Shown here: positions 59,135 through 64,000 of the stretch, piece by piece | Position numbering within the stretch: position 1 is the stretch's first letter | How the letters are laid out: each line of letters begins with the position of its first letter | Assembly (NCBI RefSeq): GCF_036321535.1 | Contig: NC_087462.1 | Span: forward strand, 1,178,001 to 1,242,000 | DNA length: 64,000 nt | Direction of reading: 5' to 3' | Origin: Camelus dromedarius | Taxonomy: Eukaryota | Made by a program: the position numbers and the translations under genes | Notes under the pieces: generated by a model | Seen by the model: only the letters and a program-made list of their open reading frames with translations | Told to the model about the DNA's origin: nothing | The model's database searches: none

Positions 59135-60475
59135 CAACTTAAAACCAGGTTGGTGTCTGTTGACAGAGGTAGAGGCTGTGGTGGCCACTGGTCCCTGGAT
59201 CCGGGGGAGACCGCTTTCCTGGTGCCTGGGTTTGTACTGGGGAGACGAGCGCCTGAGCCGAGTGTGGGCAGAGCAGGGCCCCCCAAGTCTGGAAGCGTGA
59301 GGCTGGACTCCAGGGAAGAGCCCCGCCAACCTGGACATCAATTTCCTGACTGTCCAAGGAGGCCAGTGGACCCCTAGAAGGGTGGGTGGGGGTCTGCTCC
59401 ACAGTGGCCCTCTTGTCCATCCAGCAAACTCACGTTGACTGAGCACATGGTGGGTGGCTTAGGGCCCTGAGACATCTCTGCCCTGAGCCCACCCTCGAGC
59501 CCCTAGCCCTTCCCAGCTCATGGGGGCAGGGCAGGTGGAGGGTCTCAGCCAGAGCCAGTGAGGTGGGCGCGCTGGATGGACGGTCGGTCAGGGCAGTGAG
59601 CCTGCTGGGCCTGCAGACAGGACAGGGCCGGGCGGGGCTGCAGGTCCCAGTGGGGCTGGAGAGTGGACCGAGGGAACTCTTGGTCACTGGAACCTTTTCG
59701 CCTGAACTGCCTCCGGGCACAGCTCCCCCACTTGCTCCAGGGCCAGGTGCTGGGGACAGTTGAGGCCCAGCTGTGCCATGAGGGCCAGGCAGATTTCCCG
59801 AACAGGGTACCGCCCACCCACAGGGCCCTTGTGGAACCGGTGAGCCCCCCACAGTGATGTGCCTTGATGGTGCCTCCTGTGAGGGGCTGCTCTGTGAAAC
59901 AGGCTCCTGGGCTCCCTCTGGGCAGGACTGCTGGGAGCCAAGCCCATCTGCAAGTGTTTCACTTGGGTTGCAGTGGGGTCCTTGGCCCTGCAAAGCTCCA
60001 GGGGCAAAAACTGCAGACCAGAGAAGTTGTGTGACTTGCCTGAGGTCACACAGCAAGGAGCATGAACTTAGTTCTTGGTGAATCAGATCCCCTGGGGCTG
60101 TAGGAGGCACGCAGAGCCGTCTGTAGGTAATGGGGAAGTTTGAGAGGGTAAGGAGGCGGGAGGGCAGCGGGGGTGAGTGTCTGGGATCCCAGGAACATCC
60201 GGGCTCTGGCCCGATGCCTCCTCTCAAGTCAGTACAGAAGCTGCCTGGGGCCTCTGAGGTGAAGAGGTGGCGGGTCACATACTTGGGGCTGGCCTTTGGG
60301 CCAAGAGCCCAGACACCTCTGTGGACAGTCTGGAGGTTAGGGCTGTCCTTGCGGCGGCCGCCTGGGCCTGCAATTGGCGTCGGGGTCCCCTAGCAGTGAT
60401 GAGGACTCCCTGACTATGGCTGTCTCCTCCCCAGGTGGCTGCAGGCTTCTGCCCCGCCCTGTCGTCACAGCGGAA

Positions 60476-60482
60476 ATGTCTG
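60476..60482 (+). CDS. SCAMP4: SCAMP4 exon 2 (48-nt exon 60435-60482; only 7 coding nt, ATG TCT G)
   Basis: acceptor tctcctccccag|G at 60434; donor G|GTGAGT at 60483; phase joins exon 3 to give [10 protein letters not shown]. Confidence 0.85.
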
Positions 60483-60844
60483 GTGAGTCTTGCCCGCCGG
60501 CCCCATGGTGGAGATTCCAGCTTCTCTGTCCCTCTGGGAAGTGCCCCAGGTGGCTGGACTCACGTCGACCCCTGAGGGCGTAGCCTCTGTCCTCCCGCGG
60601 GGGGTTGATGGGGTTGCTCCTGGCACTGAGCCAGACGATGGGGAGACAGCCCTCATGGTGAGCGGCCAGCTTGGGCGTCTGGCAGCAGAGGTGACGGGGC
60701 GCCGCCTGGTCGCTCTGATGTGGGCAGAGGTGAGCAGCTCCAGGCTATGCCCGCGTATCCCTGCCCCTACAAGGTCCACCTGGGTGCCCGCTGCGGCTGC
60801 CTTCAAACAGCCACACACAAGTCCTGACCCCAGGACCCAGGAAG

Positions 60845-61155
60845 CGGACTTTGTCAGCAGTGTAATTGTAAGACGAGTTGCACTGGAGTAGGGGTCCCTG
60901 CTGTAGAGTGACAGACGTCCTAAGAAGGGGGAGATTTGGACACAGACGCGATGAAGCTGTGGAAGGCGGAGGCAGAGACCTGAGTGATGCTGCCACGTGC
61001 GCAGGATGCCCGGGGCCCCAGGAGCCGGAGGAGGCAGGAGGGGCCCTCGCCCGGAGCCTCCAGAGGGAGCGCGGCCCTGCTCATCTGCATCTGGGTCGCC
61101 TGGCTTTCAGGATGGGGATGGGATGCATTTCTGTTGTGCTAAGCCGCCCCTGCCA
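60845..61155 (+). mobile_element. MLT1 (B/C-like) LTR fragment
   Basis: gtcctaagaagggggagatttggacacagac..ggaggcagagacctgagtgatgc..atttctgttgtgctaagcc. Confidence 0.65.
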
Positions 61156-61254
61156 GAAGCTCACGTTCCAAGGGCTAGACCCTTCCTGGGAGCCCCAGGT
61201 GTGAACAGCGTTTGGGCTCTGCCGTCGAGTCTGTGTGCCCCTGGAACTGTTCTA

Positions 61255-61645
61255 AGAAATCGCCACAAACACAGTGATGGAAGCAGAATTTGTTCTCTGA
61301 CCGTCCTGGAGGTCAGGGGTCCTACTCAGGCCTCATGGAGCTCAGTCCAGGCTTGGGCAGGGCTGGTCCCTCCGGAGGCTCCAGGGAGAAGCGGCTCCTG
61401 CCTCTTCCAGCTTCTAGAGGCGCCGCATCCCTGGCTCGCGGCCCGCCCTCCATCCTCACCGCCAGCAGCGCAGCATCCCCCGTCTCTCTCTGACTCTGAC
61501 CTCCAGCCTCTCTCTGATGAGGACCCTGTGAGGACATGGGTCTCCTGGGAATCTAGGGTCGCCCCCATCCCAGGGGCCTTAACTTAATCCTGCCTGCAGA
61601 GTCCCCTCTGCGCTGTGAGGTGACACGTCCTCATGTCCTGGGGCC
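61255..61645 (-). mobile_element. MLT1 (C/D-like) LTR fragment
   Basis: aatttgttctctgaccgtcctggaggtcag..cctcttccagcttctagagg..ccttaacttaatc..gcagagtccc. Confidence 0.65.
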
Positions 61646-61696
61646 GCCACAAGCTGGCTGCAGCCGGGGCTTAGCTCAAGGCCGTGTGTCCTGCAG

Positions 61697-61825
61697 GCAA
61701 GGAGAACAACTTCCCCCCGCTGCCCAAGTTCATCCCCCTGAAGCCCTGCTTCTACCAGAACTTCTCTGACGAGATCCCCATCGAGCACCAGGTCCTGGTG
61801 AAGAGGATCTACCGGCTGTGGCTGT
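61697..61825 (+). CDS. SCAMP4: SCAMP4 exon 3 (129 nt)
   Basis: [42 protein letters not shown]; AG/GT boundaries. Confidence 0.96.
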
Positions 61826-62011
61826 GTGAGTGTGAGGAGGGGGGTCCCTGGCACCACTCGGAGACCCCAGCTTGGGAGTTGCCCTGGCCCAGGTGGTAAG
61901 AGCCTGAGGCTTTTGTAGTAAGCTCCCTTCTGGCTGGGGCCTGGTGTGGATGGAGTGGGCGGGATGGCTGGACGCCCCAGCCCGGCTCAGCGCCCCTCCC
62001 TGCCCCCCCAG

Positions 62012-62168
62012 TCTACTGTGCCACCCTGGGTGTCAACCTTGTCGCCTGCCTCGCCTGGTGGATCGCCGGCGGCTCCGGCGCCAACTTCGGCCTGGCCCTG
62101 ATCTGGCTGCTGCTCTTCTCCCCCTGTGGCTACGTGTGCTGGTTCCGGCCTGCCTACAAGGCCTTCCG
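62012..62168 (+). CDS. SCAMP4: SCAMP4 exon 4 (157 nt)
   Basis: (F)[51 protein letters not shown], i.e. TM helices plus the SCAMP E-peptide; donor CG|GTAAGT. Confidence 0.96.
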
Positions 62169-62439
62169 GTAAGTCGGGGCGCCGTGGCCTGCACCCTAGA
62201 GGGGCTCTCGGGGTGTCCGGTATAGGGGAGGGAACAGGACATCTCCCCTTGGGCATGCTTAGCTCCACCCAAACCCCGTGGAGGACCACGCCCCCATGCC
62301 CCAGTCTGCACCTGTCTCCCGGGCCCAAGTGTCAGCATAGTCCCTTCCTCTGGTCCATCTTGGACAGCATTTTGCATCAGGCTCTGTAGACGGTGGCCCA
62401 CAGGCCACATCCAGCTGTTGCCTGTGTTTGCTTTTAATG

Positions 62440-62900
62440 AGTTACACTGTGTACTTCACCTATCACTCAACTCACCTCAACAATTCAATGTTTCTACTGT
62501 CTTCACGAGGTTGGACAACCATCATCTCTAATCCAGAACATTCCATCACTCCAAAAGAAGCCCTGTCCCCACCAGCAGTCACCCACCCCGCAACCCTCTC
62601 CCCAGCCCTGACTGCCAGGAGCCCCCTCCCTGTGTCTGCGGACTGGCCTGTTCTGGACGTCTCGCATCCATGGACTCACACACTTTGCGTCCTCCCGTGT
62701 CTGCTTCTCTCCCTGAGCTCGTGCTCTCAGGGTCCGTCCACGTGGTAGTGAGTGTCAGGGCTTCTCTCCTGTGCATGGCCGAGTGACGTTCCCATGTGTG
62801 GAGGGACCACGTTTCTTTATCCATCATCCGTTGATGGACACTTGAGTTGTTGCCATCTTTTGGCTGCTGTGAATCTTTCTCTGTGAACACTCCCCCCACC
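62440..62900 (-). mobile_element. old L1MB-type fragment, GC-shifted
   Basis: caaccatcatctctaatccagaacattccatcactccaaaagaagccc..tttatccatcatccgttgatggacacttgagttgtt. Confidence 0.75.
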
Positions 62901-63523
62901 ACCCTGCCCAGTGTGTGCTGTTTGCCCCCTGGGTGGTCCCCGAATCCCAGACTCTCAGACTGAGTCAGGGCCCCAATGGTCTCCTGGAGACAAGAACCAG
63001 AAACCCACTCACGTGTGCTGAAGCTGAGGTCCCAGGCTGGCTCGGGCGACTGCATGCAGGGACGGACCCCACAGGCTCCTGCCCCTCGCCTACCCCCAGC
63101 TGTGGGTCCCCCCAGCCCCTGCCCCCACTCCATGGACTGGGAGGGGCCTGGGCCACGGCCCCTGCAGCCTTCCCTCGTCTAGGGCAGGGACAGGAGTCCA
63201 GCGTGGAGAGTGTCTCGAATCTACCATTAACCTCCCAGGTTAACATCTTCTGATCGCGTGCCCTGCCGGTGTGGTCATATCCTCGGCGTAGGAAGGTGTC
63301 TGGAATTCCGCCCCAGTGGGGACGTGTTAGGTGTGGCGTTCCCTCTGAGCCGAGTGGGCCCCTCACGGTCCGGCTCCGCAGCCTGTGCCGGGCCCCCCTC
63401 CTCGGGCCCCTCCACCTCACCCCCCACTCCTCGGGCCCCCTGTCCTTGAGCCCCTGCACCTTGCCCCCCACTTCAGGCCCCCCTCTCCTCAGGCTGTGGT
63501 AATGCTGCTTTCCTTCCCTTTAG

Positions 63524-63625
63524 GTCTGACAGCTCCTTCAACTTCATGGCGTTTTTCTTCATCTTTGGAGCCCAGTTTGTCCTGACCGTCATCCAGGCCA
63601 TTGGCCTCTCAGGTTGGGGCGCGTG
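63524..63625 (+). CDS. SCAMP4: SCAMP4 exon 5 (102 nt); the gene continues beyond the window
   Basis: (R)[33 protein letters not shown]; ttccttccctttag|G and TG|GTAAGC. Confidence 0.96.
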
Positions 63626-64000
63626 GTAAGCAGGGCCCCCGAGAGCCCAGGACTAGCATCACCTGTGATGTGTGTCACGTGTGTGAACACAAGTCACACA
63701 CAGGTACCGTTAGTGTGGGCTGAGGGCTGCAAGGAGGACCCGTAACGCCAGCGGCTGGAGGCGGGTCGACGTTTGCACCTGTCAGCCCTCCAGGGAGGTG
63801 CTAGGTCGGGGCATCTGGTCTGCAGTCACCTGGGGCCCGAGTGCAGAGGTTCCGCCCGCCTTCTGCCACCTGGTTCGTGGTCACCCGACCACAGGGAATG
63901 TGCGGCGTGGTCAGTGTGTGTCCCAGGGGAGCGGTCAGAGAGCAGCTTGAGGGCCTGCGGCCCCCCCGCCCTGTCAAGGGTAAGAGCTGTCACTTGTGTG

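Noticed and set aside
58292-59446. 384-aa minus-strand ORF and 289-aa alternative plus-frame ORF over ADAT3
   Set aside because: They are by-products of high GC3 in the ADAT3 CDS, with no recognisable domain and no splice or promoter support.
1-64000. CRISPR arrays, rRNA, operons or prokaryotic defence systems
   Set aside because: This is mammalian intron-exon DNA; there are no regularly spaced repeat-spacer arrays or rRNA-like sequence.

Overview
This is mammalian genomic DNA, very GC-rich, orthologous to the human 19p13.3 block REXO1-KLF16-ABHD17A-ADAT3/SCAMP4. It is most likely from a camelid: the only young SINE is a tRNA-Ala-derived, Vic-1-type element, and I saw no Alu, Bov-tA or PRE-1. 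Minus strand: REXO1 exon 1 only; complete KLF16 (2 coding exons, 250 aa); ABHD17A (5 exons, two assembly gaps inside the CDS). Plus strand: ADAT3 (single coding exon, 351 aa) nested in intron 1 of SCAMP4 and sharing its first non-coding exon; SCAMP4 coding exons 2-5, with the gene continuing past the window. There are five N gaps, nine SINEs all within 41.6-53.3 kb, and many old L1, L2, MIR, MER and MLT relics. There is no CRISPR array, rRNA or true tRNA gene. I found no convincing new protein-coding system; almost all ORF-track entries are GC-rich noise. The best leads are regulatory or evolutionary: an interlocked two-uORF arrangement in the ABHD17A leader, two orphan CpG-island promoters (one with a clean spliced first exon), a frameshift in the human-type ADAT3 N-terminal extension that overlies a splice acceptor, apparent concerted evolution of ancient L1 copies, and a SINE-spacer-SINE block under one target-site duplication. 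Repeat subfamily names and comparisons with human sequences are from memory and need RepeatMasker/BLAST confirmation.
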